From assembly GCA_028280675.1 (NCBI GenBank), contig JANQLI010000062.1, positions 1 to 42,302 of the forward strand: a stretch of DNA of 42,302 bases. The letters are read 5' to 3'. The notes under the pieces were generated by a model that ran no database searches, was not told the origin of the DNA, and saw only the letters and a program-made list of their open reading frames with translations. This document shows, one piece after another, positions 33,364 to 42,302 of the stretch. Positions within the stretch are counted from its first letter, which is position 1. The number at the start of each line of letters is the position of its first letter. Made by a program: the position numbers and the translations under genes. Origin of the DNA: Alphaproteobacteria bacterium. GTDB taxonomy: Bacteria > Pseudomonadota > Alphaproteobacteria > SMXP01.

Positions 33364-33440
33364 TGGTAGCGGAGGACGGATTTGAACCGCCGACACATGG
33401 ATCATGATTCCACTGCTCTAACCAACTGAGCTACTCCGCC
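33364..33440 (-). tRNA. tRNA with CAU anticodon (elongator Met, or Ile2 if lysidine-modified), CCA encoded
   Basis: The reverse complement folds as a 77-nt cloverleaf: GGCGGAG-UA-GCUC-AGUUGGUUA-GAGC-A-GUGGA-AUCAUGA-UCCAU-GUGUC-GGCGG-UUCAAAU-CCGUC-CUCCGCU-A-CCA. It lacks the initiator hallmarks (no C1-A72 mismatch, no GGG/CCC in the anticodon stem). Confidence 0.85.
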
Positions 33441-33520
33441 ACAAGACCCTCTACGCCAGATCTGATCTCCGGGCGCGGCGAGAAGCCAGGGTTTTAGGCG
33501 CGCGGTCCTGTCCTGTCAAG

Positions 33521-34252
33521 TCAGGAAAGCTGCTCACGCAACCTCTTTTGCTGAGGATTTTTTTGCCACGGCATCGGCGCGGTTTCACCCTGCGCCGAAA
33601 CGGCTTCAAGGGCTGGCTTAGCCCGTTCACGATCAAACACCATTAAGGTGAATATATTCATCGGCCATAATTTCGTCTCGTATCTGAGCTCAAGACCATC
33701 ATGATTGAGCACGGCCTCTTTTTGGAAATCAGAATGCCATCCAATCGTGGTCGCATAACCCGCAAGGGCGCGCTCAACAACGCCTTTAATGCCACGCCCG
33801 TCAAAGAAGTGATTGAGAAGGATAATGCGTCCGCCGGGTTTACAAACCCGGCGCAATTCCGACATCACGCGGTTCACATCCGGCACAACCGTCATCACAT
33901 ACATGGCAACAACTGTGTCGAAATAGGCATCAGGAAACGTCAGTTGCGCCGCATCCATTTCATGAATCCCTGCGACATTATCGAGAGATTGTTCATTCAC
34001 GCGCTCACGGGCTTTTTGCAGCATATCCACGGACATATCGATACCAGTGATGTCCAAATGATCCGCATAGTATGGCAGAGACAGGCCCGTGCCGACACCC
34101 ACCTCAAGCACCCGGCCTTGGCCTGCATTGATTTCTTTGACAGCCGTTTTCCGAGCAAGGTCCGATATCCACCCGAATGACCAATCATAGATTGGCGCCC
34201 AGCGCGCATAGACTTTACGCACGGCGCTTTCATCATACTTCGTTATATCCAC
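33521..34252 (-). CDS. class I SAM-dependent methyltransferase (possibly a Rhodobacter-type phospholipid N-methyltransferase)
   Basis: SAM motif I 'RVLEVGVGTGLSLPYY'. I prefer the GTG start at 34252 (GAGGGG upstream, product begins VDITKYDESAVRKVYARWAPIYD). The ORF stays open up to a TTG at 34381, which would overlap mnmA. Confidence 0.65.
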   Translation of the reverse strand: MDITKYDESAVRKVYARWAPIYDWSFGWISDLARKTAVKEINAGQGRVLEVGVGTGLSLPYYADHLDITGIDMSVDMLQKARERVNEQSLDNVAGIHEMDAAQLTFPDAYFDTVVAMYVMTVVPDVNRVMSELRRVCKPGGRIILLNHFFDGRGIKGVVERALAGYATTIGWHSDFQKEAVLNHDGLELRYETKLWPMNIFTLMVFDRERAKPALEAVSAQGETAPMPWQKNPQQKRLREQLS

Positions 34253-34368
34253 ACCAATCCCCTCAAGATTTTCTGGCCACACATCGCGCCACTTTAAACA
34301 ACCGCACTTACGGATACCAGCAATGATTCTGTCACATTTACGATTATCACGTGACAATTCAGGCAAAA

Positions 34369-35565
34369 TTAAGCCTGCCAAGCAGCGCGGGTACTTTCAA
34401 TCCAGCCGCCACCCAGGATACGGCTGCCCCCTGAGTCCGGGTCATAAAAAACACAGGCCTGACCAGGGGCGACACCTTCCTCGTCACCGAGAAGCTCAAC
34501 CGCTAAGCGGTCGCCATCGTGCTGCGTCAAACGCGCCTCAATCGGCGGCCGTGTCGAACGCACCTTAACCAAAACCGGCAGATTCTCAGCGAAAGCTTGC
34601 GCCATTGGCCCATCGCCAAGCCAATTGATCTCGCGCAACAGGACATATTTCGTCAGCAATGCGTCCCGCGGTCCGACAATCACATGACGTTTGTCAGCAT
34701 CTAAAGCGATGACAAAAAGCGGGTCGCCTGTCGCCATCCCTAAACCGCGGCGCTGCCCAATCGTATAATGAATAATACCTTCATGTTGCCCGAGTATGCG
34801 TCCATCCACATGCACCACATCACCCGGTTCGCCCGCACCAGGACGCAGCCGTTCGATCACACTGGTGTAACGGCCCGTGGGGACAAAACAAATATCCTGG
34901 CTATCGGGTTTTTGCGCCGTCGGTACACTTAAGTCTTCGGCTAGATTGCGCGCTTCCGGTTTGGTTAGATCCCCCAATGGAAACCGCAAAAAGTCGAGTT
35001 GATCCCGCGTCGTGGTGAACAGGAAATAACTTTGATCGCGATCAGGATCGACCGCCCGGTGCAGCTCCGGCCCATGCGCGCCCCTAACGCGGCGTATATA
35101 ATGTCCCGTCGCCATGCAATCAGCGCCGAGATCTTTCGCTGTTTCTAAAAGGTCGCGAAATTTCACACGCTCATTACAAAGAATGCAGGGGATCGGGGTC
35201 TCACCCGCCACATAGGATGACGCAAATTCTTCCATCACTTCTTCTTGGAAACGCCGTTCATAATCGAGCACATAATGGGGAACGCCAATCGCTTCAGATA
35301 CGCGGCGCGCATCCAAAATATCTTGCCCTGCACAGCACGCGCCTTTTTTCTCAATCGCAACACCATGATCATAGAGCTGAAGCGTAATGCCAATCACCTC
35401 ATACCCCTGGCGCTTCAGAAGAGCCGCTGTGACTGACGAGTCGACTCCGCCAGACATTGCAACAACCACGCGGGTGTCTTCCGGCGCTTTCGCAAAGCCC
35501 AGACTATTCAGTCCTGATGGCGGTATTTGGCTTTCGAGGGCTTGCACCCCGGTTCCATACGACAT
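34369..35565 (-). CDS. mnmA: tRNA 2-thiouridine(34) synthase
   Basis: PP-loop '[18 protein letters not shown]', 'GITLQLYDH', and conserved catalytic Cys regions ('CCAGQD', 'QDICFV'). Confidence 0.9.
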   Translation of the reverse strand: MSYGTGVQALESQIPPSGLNSLGFAKAPEDTRVVVAMSGGVDSSVTAALLKRQGYEVIGITLQLYDHGVAIEKKGACCAGQDILDARRVSEAIGVPHYVLDYERRFQEEVMEEFASSYVAGETPIPCILCNERVKFRDLLETAKDLGADCMATGHYIRRVRGAHGPELHRAVDPDRDQSYFLFTTTRDQLDFLRFPLGDLTKPEARNLAEDLSVPTAQKPDSQDICFVPTGRYTSVIERLRPGAGEPGDVVHVDGRILGQHEGIIHYTIGQRRGLGMATGDPLFVIALDADKRHVIVGPRDALLTKYVLLREINWLGDGPMAQAFAENLPVLVKVRSTRPPIEARLTQHDGDRLAVELLGDEEGVAPGQACVFYDPDSGGSRILGGGWIESTRAAWQA

Positions 35566-35671
35566 TCGTCACAACACTACATTAGAGAGGGCGCCATATT
35601 GCGCGCGGCGCACTATACGAATGATGAGGAAATCCGCAAGCCTAAGACGAAAAGACTGTGTTTTGAGGGGC

Positions 35672-36598
35672 TTAGATAAAATCCAGCAGGCTCATTCGCT
35701 GCAGAGAGGACAACATACGTAAGCTTGCTTCCGTTGCCACTTGCGTCTGATTCAGACGGGTAATCGCTTCGGCCATATCGACATCTTCAATATCCGAAAT
35801 AAATCCTTCGACATAGGTCCGCATGGAATTATGGCGTTCGGCAAGCTGTTGCACCTGGCTATGGCGGCGGCCATTTTGCGCCACTGCCTCATTCAGGTTT
35901 TGAATGATTTGATTGAAATTGGTCATCTCGGCTTGAATGAACGTCGATTGCGCATCTGTTAACGTCCCCGTGAAAGGCCCCGTCACAACATTGGCGTCAT
36001 ATTCAGCGATGCGTTTGATGACATCGAAAAGGTCCGTTGCGATGTCACTGGCCAGAAACCCATGCTCCATGGTGACATTATCATCCACCTTCACGCTTTG
36101 CTTCAGGTTTGTATTCTCAAATATGGCGGCAACCGATGGAGCCGCTATTAAATCCGCAAGTGTATCGATATTGACAGGCGGCACATCGGTGCGCGTGCCG
36201 CCATAGATATATTTGCCATCAACCTTCGTGTTCATAATACCGACGGCCGTTTCGAAGACCTGCTCAACGAATGCCATATAACCCGTGCCGGATTGTAAAG
36301 CGACGGCATTCAACGATTCCAATTTTAGATCCGTTGCCGATTTGGCCAGGTCTTCAAGTTGCACATTTTGCAATTCATAACGCCCAAGTAAAAACTGCGC
36401 CGTATCTTGATATTGTAAGACGCGTGATTCCAATCCTTTTGCCGACAACAAGAGACTTGCGTCCTTGGAGATGTCCTTAAAATACTCTGCTTTTTTACCC
36501 GTCGCCACTTGGCGTTCCGCTTGGAAGGCGCGCTCTTGCAATTGTTGGAACTGCGCCAGCATATACTGGCTTTTGGCAAAATCTGTTACACGTGTCAT
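35672..36598 (-). CDS. flgL: flagellar hook-associated protein 3 (hook-filament junction)
   Basis: Flagellin-like N- and C-terminal helices ('...AITRLNQTQVATEASLRMLSSLQRMSLLDFI'). Starts 21 nt downstream of flgK. Confidence 0.8.
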   Translation of the reverse strand: MTRVTDFAKSQYMLAQFQQLQERAFQAERQVATGKKAEYFKDISKDASLLLSAKGLESRVLQYQDTAQFLLGRYELQNVQLEDLAKSATDLKLESLNAVALQSGTGYMAFVEQVFETAVGIMNTKVDGKYIYGGTRTDVPPVNIDTLADLIAAPSVAAIFENTNLKQSVKVDDNVTMEHGFLASDIATDLFDVIKRIAEYDANVVTGPFTGTLTDAQSTFIQAEMTNFNQIIQNLNEAVAQNGRRHSQVQQLAERHNSMRTYVEGFISDIEDVDMAEAITRLNQTQVATEASLRMLSSLQRMSLLDFI

Positions 36599-36619
36599 CT
36601 TCTCTACCCCAAACCGCGA

Positions 36620-38773
36620 TTAAACTGTATCCAGAAGAGCGTCGAACAATTCGCGCGCCGTGGTGATGAGGCGCGCGGCGGCATTATATGATTGTTGGTA
36701 GACCATCATATTCGCGAGCTCTTCATCCATATTCACGCCTTGAACAGAGTCGCGGCGTCCTTCAATTTCGTCTTTGAGTGTCAGCGTGTCGGCTTTCAGC
36801 GCATCGAGGCGTGCGGCTTCCGACGACGCATTACTTAAAACGAGGGCGCTGTATTCAGATAATGTGACACTGGCAGATCCCAACGTGCCGACGGCATCGA
36901 CCTGCAGTGTTTTTGTCGCCAAAGATTGTAAATCTAACGCACCCCGATTATCGCTCGCGGATACAACAATATCGCCAGTCACAGCTCCTTGCAGGTCCAG
37001 TTTTGCCAACGCAAATTCGTTATTGTTTGAGGCGATACGCGGAGTCAATCCAACATTGTTTGCCCGGTCCATGACCGCACTATCGCCCCAACCAAATAGG
37101 CCACTCATCGTCATCGCTGTCGCGCCACGTGACGTCGTATCATCAGTAACAAATACCGCGTAATCCCCGTAACTGGCATTCGGTGTTGCCGTGATGGCGC
37201 CATTGGCATCAAGCGCAAAGGACATGTAACTGCCATACCCCGTAACGGGATCATTCAAATCCGTGAGAATGTCATTCAGCGTTGCGCCTGCCACCGTATA
37301 GGTGAAAGGGGGTGTGACGGAGCCATCTGCATTGCGCATTTGAAACGTAATCGTTTCGCCTGGCGTGAAACCATGCGCATCGGTTCCGGTAAGGCCCGTA
37401 TCGAAGTGGCTGGGACTGGTCGCCGTCATAATGTCATTCAAGCCAAAGAAATGACTAAACCCTCGGCCGCCCCGGTCGCTTGGGTCGGCGGCATCTTGCG
37501 CAAAGGCAATGCCGTTCGTTGAATTAGCCGCCTGCACAGACAAAACGCCATTCACGAAACTTGCCGATCCATTGGCGCCAAGGGCTGTGTCAATGGCCGT
37601 GATCATGCTGCCAATCGTACCGCCAAGAGCAACAATGCCGCCACCATCAACAGACAACGTGCCTGCATCGAAATCAATATCAATGCGGCTCACCAACGAT
37701 CCATCGGCAGCCGTGATGGCGAGCGTGGTTTGCCCGGTAAACCCTAAACTGTCGGTAGAGAGCAATCCCGTATTTCGGCCCGTTAACGCATTCGGTGCCG
37801 GGAAAGCAACATTATCGTTGTGAATGGCGTTCATCTCATCAACGATAGCACCAGCAAGATTGCCGATTTCCATTTGCAAGGTCGGCAAAATACCATCACG
37901 CATCTCTAGCAAGCCATGCATTTCACCGCTATTGATCCGGGAATCAATGGCTGTGGCGGGTGGCACACGCTCTCCGCTTAAGGGATTGACCATCATCGCC
38001 GAAATGCCAGTCGGCAATGTCGAAACGGTGAAGCTGTTCTGCGGTTGATAGGTGAGCTCGGCATACATATGGCCAACCAACACAAATCCATCTTGTGTTG
38101 CGAGGTGCACGGCTCCACCTGATGTGTCGATGGTGCGCACATCCATAAATTCTGAAATCTGCTGGAAGACACGATCCCGTTCATCTTGAAGGCCTGTGGC
38201 ATCGCCACCAGTGGCTAACGTATGCTCAATCTGCGCATTTAGGGAATGCGCCTGCTCAAAAAGATTATTCAGTGACGTTGTATTTTGACCAATACGGCGA
38301 TCAATATCGGAACGCAGATTTTGAATCTGCGACGATAGGAAATTGAACGTATCCGCAAGCGATTGCAAATCATTCAACGCATCATCTCTACGGACCGAAG
38401 ATGTCACATCAAGAGAGAGATCCGCAAGCGAGGTCAACGCCTTATTCAAACGGGCCGATAACGACAATTGCTGGTCGGGCGATCCGAAAATGGACTGCAA
38501 TTGGTCATAGTAACGTGATTGCACATCATATTGCGCAAAGTCCGACGCCGCTTTCAATGATTCTGTAATAAAAAATTGATCGACAACACGGCGAACTTGA
38601 GAAAGCTCAACACCAACCGTTTGACCGGCAAGCACCTGCGGTGACAAATCAGCAACCTTGCGCGTATAGCCTGGCGTATTCACATTCGCGATATTATCGG
38701 ATGTGATTTTCAGCGCCTCTTGGTTCACATAAAGTGCACTTAAGGCATTTCCTAATATTGATCCTACGGTCAT
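36620..38773 (-). CDS. flgK: flagellar hook-associated protein 1
   Basis: N-terminus 'GSILGNALSALYVNQEALKITSDNIANVNTPGYTRK' and C-terminus 'VNMDEELANMMVYQQSYNAAARLITTARELFDALL' are diagnostic. Confidence 0.9.
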   Translation of the reverse strand: MTVGSILGNALSALYVNQEALKITSDNIANVNTPGYTRKVADLSPQVLAGQTVGVELSQVRRVVDQFFITESLKAASDFAQYDVQSRYYDQLQSIFGSPDQQLSLSARLNKALTSLADLSLDVTSSVRRDDALNDLQSLADTFNFLSSQIQNLRSDIDRRIGQNTTSLNNLFEQAHSLNAQIEHTLATGGDATGLQDERDRVFQQISEFMDVRTIDTSGGAVHLATQDGFVLVGHMYAELTYQPQNSFTVSTLPTGISAMMVNPLSGERVPPATAIDSRINSGEMHGLLEMRDGILPTLQMEIGNLAGAIVDEMNAIHNDNVAFPAPNALTGRNTGLLSTDSLGFTGQTTLAITAADGSLVSRIDIDFDAGTLSVDGGGIVALGGTIGSMITAIDTALGANGSASFVNGVLSVQAANSTNGIAFAQDAADPSDRGGRGFSHFFGLNDIMTATSPSHFDTGLTGTDAHGFTPGETITFQMRNADGSVTPPFTYTVAGATLNDILTDLNDPVTGYGSYMSFALDANGAITATPNASYGDYAVFVTDDTTSRGATAMTMSGLFGWGDSAVMDRANNVGLTPRIASNNNEFALAKLDLQGAVTGDIVVSASDNRGALDLQSLATKTLQVDAVGTLGSASVTLSEYSALVLSNASSEAARLDALKADTLTLKDEIEGRRDSVQGVNMDEELANMMVYQQSYNAAARLITTARELFDALLDTV

Positions 38774-39020
38774 CTTTCTAACCTAATAATATCACCCCGC
38801 ATGCAGTCACTGGGGACGAAACAGTTTTTAAAGCTAGGCGAATATGACCGGGCAGCAGGCGCATTCCGTCTCTTATGCGGCAAAAAATACCCGGCACCCG
38901 CATGCAAATCTGCGCACCATATCAGCGGCGTTTTTTGCATAAGTATTTGAATTATATTATGTATTTCTATCATGCTTCTAACTTTTCCACGCTCTTTTCG
39001 TGCGAGCGCGCTGATGAAAT

Positions 39021-39036
39021 TGCAATGGCGGTGCCA
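39021..39036 (-). promoter_or_regulatory. sigma-54 (-24/-12) promoter candidate facing flgK
   Basis: The minus strand reads TGGCAC-CGCCA-TTGCA, an exact fit to TGGCAC-N5-TTGCW. It sits about 235 nt upstream of the flgK ATG. Confidence 0.5.
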
Positions 39037-39136
39037 AATATTTTTTGACTCTAAAAACTGGTGGATAGTTTTTATCCGTACACAAATTACATTCGGAAAA
39101 GGGGCCTGGATTGGAGAGGCATTTTTAACCGCTCTA

Positions 39137-39155
39137 TGCGGAAATATTTGCCGCA
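39137..39155. promoter_or_regulatory. GC-armed dyad 'tgcgg aaatatttg ccgca'; candidate enhancer-binding-protein site between the divergent sigma-54 promoters
   Basis: 5-bp inverted arms around an AT-rich spacer, roughly 90-110 bp upstream of both sigma-54 candidates. A related element 'atgcgg-N17-ccgcat' lies at 38875-38903. Confidence 0.3.
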
Positions 39156-39237
39156 CCCGGTTAAATCGCGCTAGTGACAAATCACGCAGTGTATTCTGAA
39201 CTGGCAGAAATCAAACGTTTTTGCAATAGCGGAAAAC

Positions 39238-39253
39238 TGGCCCAAGCTTTGCT
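39238..39253 (+). promoter_or_regulatory. sigma-54 (-24/-12) promoter candidate facing fliK-flgD-flgE
   Basis: TGGCCC-AAGCT-TTGCT: the GG and GC dinucleotides have canonical spacing. About 65 nt upstream of the fliK ATG. An IHF-like 'aatcaaacgtttt' lies at 39209-39221. Confidence 0.5.
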
Positions 39254-39317
39254 TTTCTATGGGCCGATGATTGGTATCGCGCAATGATTTATTGCCGCAA
39301 TGTTTTGAAAGACAGGA

Positions 39318-41099
39318 ATGAACGCGCCAGTAGACATAAGTCACATCATGACTGCCGCTGAAACGCCCGCCAGGAAGGACAAATTCGGCGCGGCGTCTAC
39401 TGGTATGTTTAAAGAAGAATTAGACAAACGCCACCAAACAGCGCCTAAGACCTTGATTGATGAACCAGAGACATCACCTTCAACACCAGCACAGGATGCG
39501 CCGCGGTCCATACCAACCCAGAAGAAGACATCTGACGCAAGTGAAACGGACAGTGCAACTCAGGAAAGCGCAGCGATATGGACTGCAACAGACGCACCCC
39601 CAGCCGCACTTGCGCAAACGGACCTTAATCTATCGACGGCGCAAAATCCACATGCGGTAACCGCAAACTCAGGTATCGAACAAGATGCGGTACTGAACAC
39701 CACGGCCGCTACTGCCGCATCCACGACGCGCCCCAGTCATGCATCTAAGAATGTTATCCAAGCACAAGAAAGTGGGCGTCATCTCGGACAAATCGGTGTT
39801 GCCCCAGGACCATTAAAGTCAGAGCAGCCCAAGAAAGACCTAGCTCAAACGGGCGCGCAAGCATCAAACATGACGCCTCACGACGGCAAACCACATGTTG
39901 CTTCAACTCTTAGCGAAGCAGCGTCAGCGGATTCTGCAAAGGCGATGAGTCATCAACCTGCCTTTGCGCAAAATGTTGTCTCTGAACATGTCACAGTTCA
40001 GGGCGCGGCCGCGCATGCGGGCGAAGAGGTGATCACCAGGGCCATAACAGCGCCTTCAGCATCAACAGCTTCACCTGAAGCACAGGCTCTGACAGGCACC
40101 GCCCAGACCGCCGCGGCTGCAACGGACGGCCAAGTCAAACCAGCACCTCAAACCGTCATGGATAATGGAGCGCTTTCGGTTGTACCTCCACAGTCACAGA
40201 AACATGCACCCGCAACGCAGCCGCAAACACCTGCTTCACCGCAAGCCTCTCTTCCCGCAACAGAACACCTTCTTGCTGAGCCCGTGAAAGCACCACACGA
40301 TCAAGCAATGATGACGCAAGCGCAACCGCGCCCAAGCGAAGAGACACCAGCATTGTTTGGTCAGCCAGCAAAAGCTGATAGCACGCAAGGCCAAACAAAA
40401 AGGCAGGCCACTTCGGCATCGGCGACTGGGATGACACAACCAGATAGCCTCAAGCAAACGGCAACAAACACACCTGCAGCGCACGTGCACACCGTGCAAA
40501 CTCCAGAACAGATACGCACCCCTGAATTGCCTTTTGAAGCCTTGGCGCAAAATGATGTGGATAGCAATCCGGACCTTTTACCGCAATTGAGTCACAATGA
40601 ACGGCCTTTGCAATCGATCCCAACAAGCACACTCTCCTTACGCATGAGCACAGGACAGGCGGTTGTACCGCCGACTGACCTCGCCATGCATATCGCAAAG
40701 CATGTGCAGAATGGCGATAGCCACTTTGAAATTCGCATCGACCCGCCTGAGCTTGGCCGTATTGAAGTGAAAATGACCGTGAACCATGAAGGCCGTATCC
40801 AGGCCGTTCTGATGGCTGAACGTCCCGAAACATTGGACATGATGCAACGCGATCAACGCCAGCTCGAACAAGCCCTGCGTGACATGGGTGTGGATGTGGA
40901 TTCAGGCTCGCTTGATTTTTCATTACGTGACGGCAATGGACAAGAGGATAAAGAAAGCGATTGGCAAGCCAACGCGCGCCTCGATCATGAAGACATGGGA
41001 TACGAAGAGGACCTTGTGACTTTAGCTGAAATGCAGCTCCCAAAGGACACGTATGGCTTTCAAACTGTCACTCCACTGCGTGTGAACATTCGAGCTTAA
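39318..41099 (+). CDS. fliK: flagellar hook-length control protein
   Basis: Long Pro/Ala/Gln/Thr-rich low-complexity body and a C-terminal Flg_hook-type domain 'HFEIRIDPPELGRIEVKMTVNHEGRIQAVLMAERPETLDMMQRDQRQLEQAL'. Confidence 0.8.
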   Translation: MNAPVDISHIMTAAETPARKDKFGAASTGMFKEELDKRHQTAPKTLIDEPETSPSTPAQDAPRSIPTQKKTSDASETDSATQESAAIWTATDAPPAALAQTDLNLSTAQNPHAVTANSGIEQDAVLNTTAATAASTTRPSHASKNVIQAQESGRHLGQIGVAPGPLKSEQPKKDLAQTGAQASNMTPHDGKPHVASTLSEAASADSAKAMSHQPAFAQNVVSEHVTVQGAAAHAGEEVITRAITAPSASTASPEAQALTGTAQTAAAATDGQVKPAPQTVMDNGALSVVPPQSQKHAPATQPQTPASPQASLPATEHLLAEPVKAPHDQAMMTQAQPRPSEETPALFGQPAKADSTQGQTKRQATSASATGMTQPDSLKQTATNTPAAHVHTVQTPEQIRTPELPFEALAQNDVDSNPDLLPQLSHNERPLQSIPTSTLSLRMSTGQAVVPPTDLAMHIAKHVQNGDSHFEIRIDPPELGRIEVKMTVNHEGRIQAVLMAERPETLDMMQRDQRQLEQALRDMGVDVDSGSLDFSLRDGNGQEDKESDWQANARLDHEDMGYEEDLVTLAEMQLPKDTYGFQTVTPLRVNIRA

Positions 41100-41119
41100 G
41101 CAAAGAAAGATGATCTAAG

Positions 41120-41788
41120 ATGGACGTCTCATCAATTACAGGGCAAAGCGCCGCGCAAACCTCGACAGCCAAATTGGCCGAGGATTTTGATACCTTCTTG
41201 ACACTACTCACAACGCAGCTCAAGAACCAAGATCCGCTCTCGCCGATGGATACGAATGAGTTTACGCAGCAAATCGTCAGCTTCACCGAAGTGGAACAGT
41301 CGATTGCGACCAACCGCAATCTTGAGAACATGATTGCGCTTCAGCTTGCCTCATCTCAAGGCACAGCCGTCAGCTATCTCGGCAAAACCGTGACCATGGA
41401 TGGCGATGCAACAAGCTTGAAAAACGGCGCCGCGCAATGGAATTATGACCTCTTGAGCAATGCCGCCGACACACAATTGGTTGTTTCAGATACAACCGGC
41501 CGCGTTGTTTACACAACAACAGGTGAAATCTCTGCTGGCAGTCATAGCTTTGTCTGGGATGGCAAAGATAATGCCGGCAATGATTTACCCGAAGACGCCT
41601 ATGTCCTTCAAGTCACAGCCATTGATGACGATGGCGAAGCCATGGACACACACACCTCCGTGACCGGATTGGTCACTGGCATTGATCTTGTTGGTAATCA
41701 GCCAACTTTACGCCTTGGTCAAACGGCTTACACGTTGTCAAGCTTGCTGGCCATTGAAGAAACTGCGGCCTCACAATCTGGGCCATAA
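41120..41788 (+). CDS. flgD: flagellar hook assembly (capping) protein
   Basis: 'FLTLLTTQLKNQDPLSPMDTNEFTQQIVSFTEVEQ' is the FlgD signature. The C-terminus is a FlgD Ig-like region. Confidence 0.9.
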   Translation: MDVSSITGQSAAQTSTAKLAEDFDTFLTLLTTQLKNQDPLSPMDTNEFTQQIVSFTEVEQSIATNRNLENMIALQLASSQGTAVSYLGKTVTMDGDATSLKNGAAQWNYDLLSNAADTQLVVSDTTGRVVYTTTGEISAGSHSFVWDGKDNAGNDLPEDAYVLQVTAIDDDGEAMDTHTSVTGLVTGIDLVGNQPTLRLGQTAYTLSSLLAIEETAASQSGP

Positions 41789-41911
41789 ATACATTTGAGC
41801 AAAATAGCTCAAAACACATTTGTATAGCGGCAAATAGAACATCTGCCTCTCACAGTAAACTTGAAGAACCAACGCACGACATGTGTCCTCTGCGTTATAG
41901 GAGAGCATGAT

Positions 41912-42302
41912 ATGAGTATTAATAGTGCAATGATCGCAGGTGTCGCAGGCTTGTCCTCGAATTCAACTGCCCTCGCCGTTATTTCCGATAATATCGCCAA
42001 CGTGAACACCGTTGGTTTTAAACGCAATGACACATCCTTTGCCCGCATGGTCACAAAATCTTCCGGTGGTGGCGGGTATTCCTCTGGCGGTGTTTCAGCC
42101 ATTCCCCGTGCTTTGATTGCTGATCAGGGCTTGCTGCAAACGACAGGGAACGCCACAGACCTGGCGATCTCAGGTGATGGCTTCTTTGTGGTGTCTCAAG
42201 ATTCCGCAGGTGCAGGCGGGGTTGCTTTTACCCGCGCTGGGGCCTTTGTTGCCGACAGTGAAGGCTACTTGCGCAACTCTGCTGGCTACTACCTTCAAGG
42301 GT
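41912..42302 (+). CDS. flgE: flagellar hook protein, N-terminal part (runs off the window end)
   Basis: Not in the supplied ORF track because there is no stop codon inside the window. ATG at 41912 follows TAGGAGAG. My translation is MSINSAMIAGVAGLSSNSTALAVISDNIANVNTVGFKRNDTSFARM...DLAISGDGFFVV...GYLRNSAGYYLQG. Confidence 0.9.
   Translation, partial: MSINSAMIAGVAGLSSNSTALAVISDNIANVNTVGFKRNDTSFARMVTKSSGGGGYSSGGVSAIPRALIADQGLLQTTGNATDLAISGDGFFVVSQDSAGAGGVAFTRAGAFVADSEGYLRNSAGYYLQG

Noticed and set aside
19600-33440. A mobile genomic island inserted at the tRNA(CAU) 3' end.
   Set aside because: I could see no integrase, recombinase, transposase, conjugation or phage gene, and no direct repeat of the tRNA 3' end. 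It is kept only as a low-interest boundary remark and is not called a mobile element.
38770-39180. 136-aa minus-strand ORF (with an internal 67-aa version from ATG 38973) whose stop overlaps the flgK ATG in an ATGA arrangement. It might be a small flagellar gene.
   Set aside because: The composition is Cys/His/Arg-rich and low quality, with no recognisable motif. It spans the AT-rich promoter region and contains the sigma-54 candidate itself. It is most likely an open frame in non-coding DNA.
39318-40700. A long Pro/Ala/Gln/Thr-rich low-complexity tract, considered as a repeat protein or a degenerate region.
   Set aside because: A tract like this is typical of FliK molecular-ruler regions. 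I saw no exact tandem DNA repeats, and the C-terminal FliK domain is intact.
41794-41813. Hairpin 'tttgagc aaaata gctcaaa' between flgD and flgE, considered as a terminator or attenuator.
   Set aside because: The stem is a 7-bp AT-rich helix with no following U-tract, and flgE has its own strong RBS. It is too weak to call.
1-42302. CRISPR arrays, rRNA genes, toxin-antitoxin pairs, restriction-modification systems or other canonical defence systems.
   Set aside because: I found no repeat-spacer periodicity, no rRNA-like segments, and no nuclease, methylase, ATPase or defence-type ORFs in any frame.

Overview
The window holds about 36 protein-coding genes and one tRNA, and the gene content suggests a flagellated, probably marine, alphaproteobacterium (inference only). 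I saw no rRNA, CRISPR array, transposase, integrase or recognisable defence gene. Positions 1-33363 are an accessory-looking block of transport, regulation and catabolism. (i) A LysR-centred locus: TonB receptor, exported MBL hydrolase, GPH symporter and exported Rossmann protein, beside an amidase plus UbiD-decarboxylase operon, an exported RidA and an exported carbon-nitrogen hydrolase paralogue with no nucleophile cysteine. (ii) An orphan gene resembling a ferredoxin-dependent bilin reductase. (iii) An RND adaptor/pump pair. (iv) A roughly 14-kb set of modules organised around three mutually similar TetR regulators: a Tat-exported flavin amine oxidase with DoxX, a 747-aa exported protein with a degenerate beta-lactamase-like domain, NTF2 plus NAD(P)H-binding proteins, a second TonB receptor, a Rieske oxygenase, a tandem pair of paralogous unknown proteins (one with a Tat signal) and an MFS transporter. 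The intergenic regions of these modules share operator-like sequences, including a perfect 38-bp palindrome. Positions 33364-42302 look like core genome: tRNA(CAU), a methyltransferase, mnmA, and a flagellar hook cluster (flgL-flgK diverging from fliK-flgD-flgE) with two sigma-54-type promoters. The best candidates for undescribed biology are the TetR-paralogue regulon with the Rieske oxygenase and Tat pair, the bilin-reductase-like orphan, and the amidase/UbiD locus with its Cys-less exported paralogue. All functional calls rest on motifs read by eye from the translations; no database search was possible.
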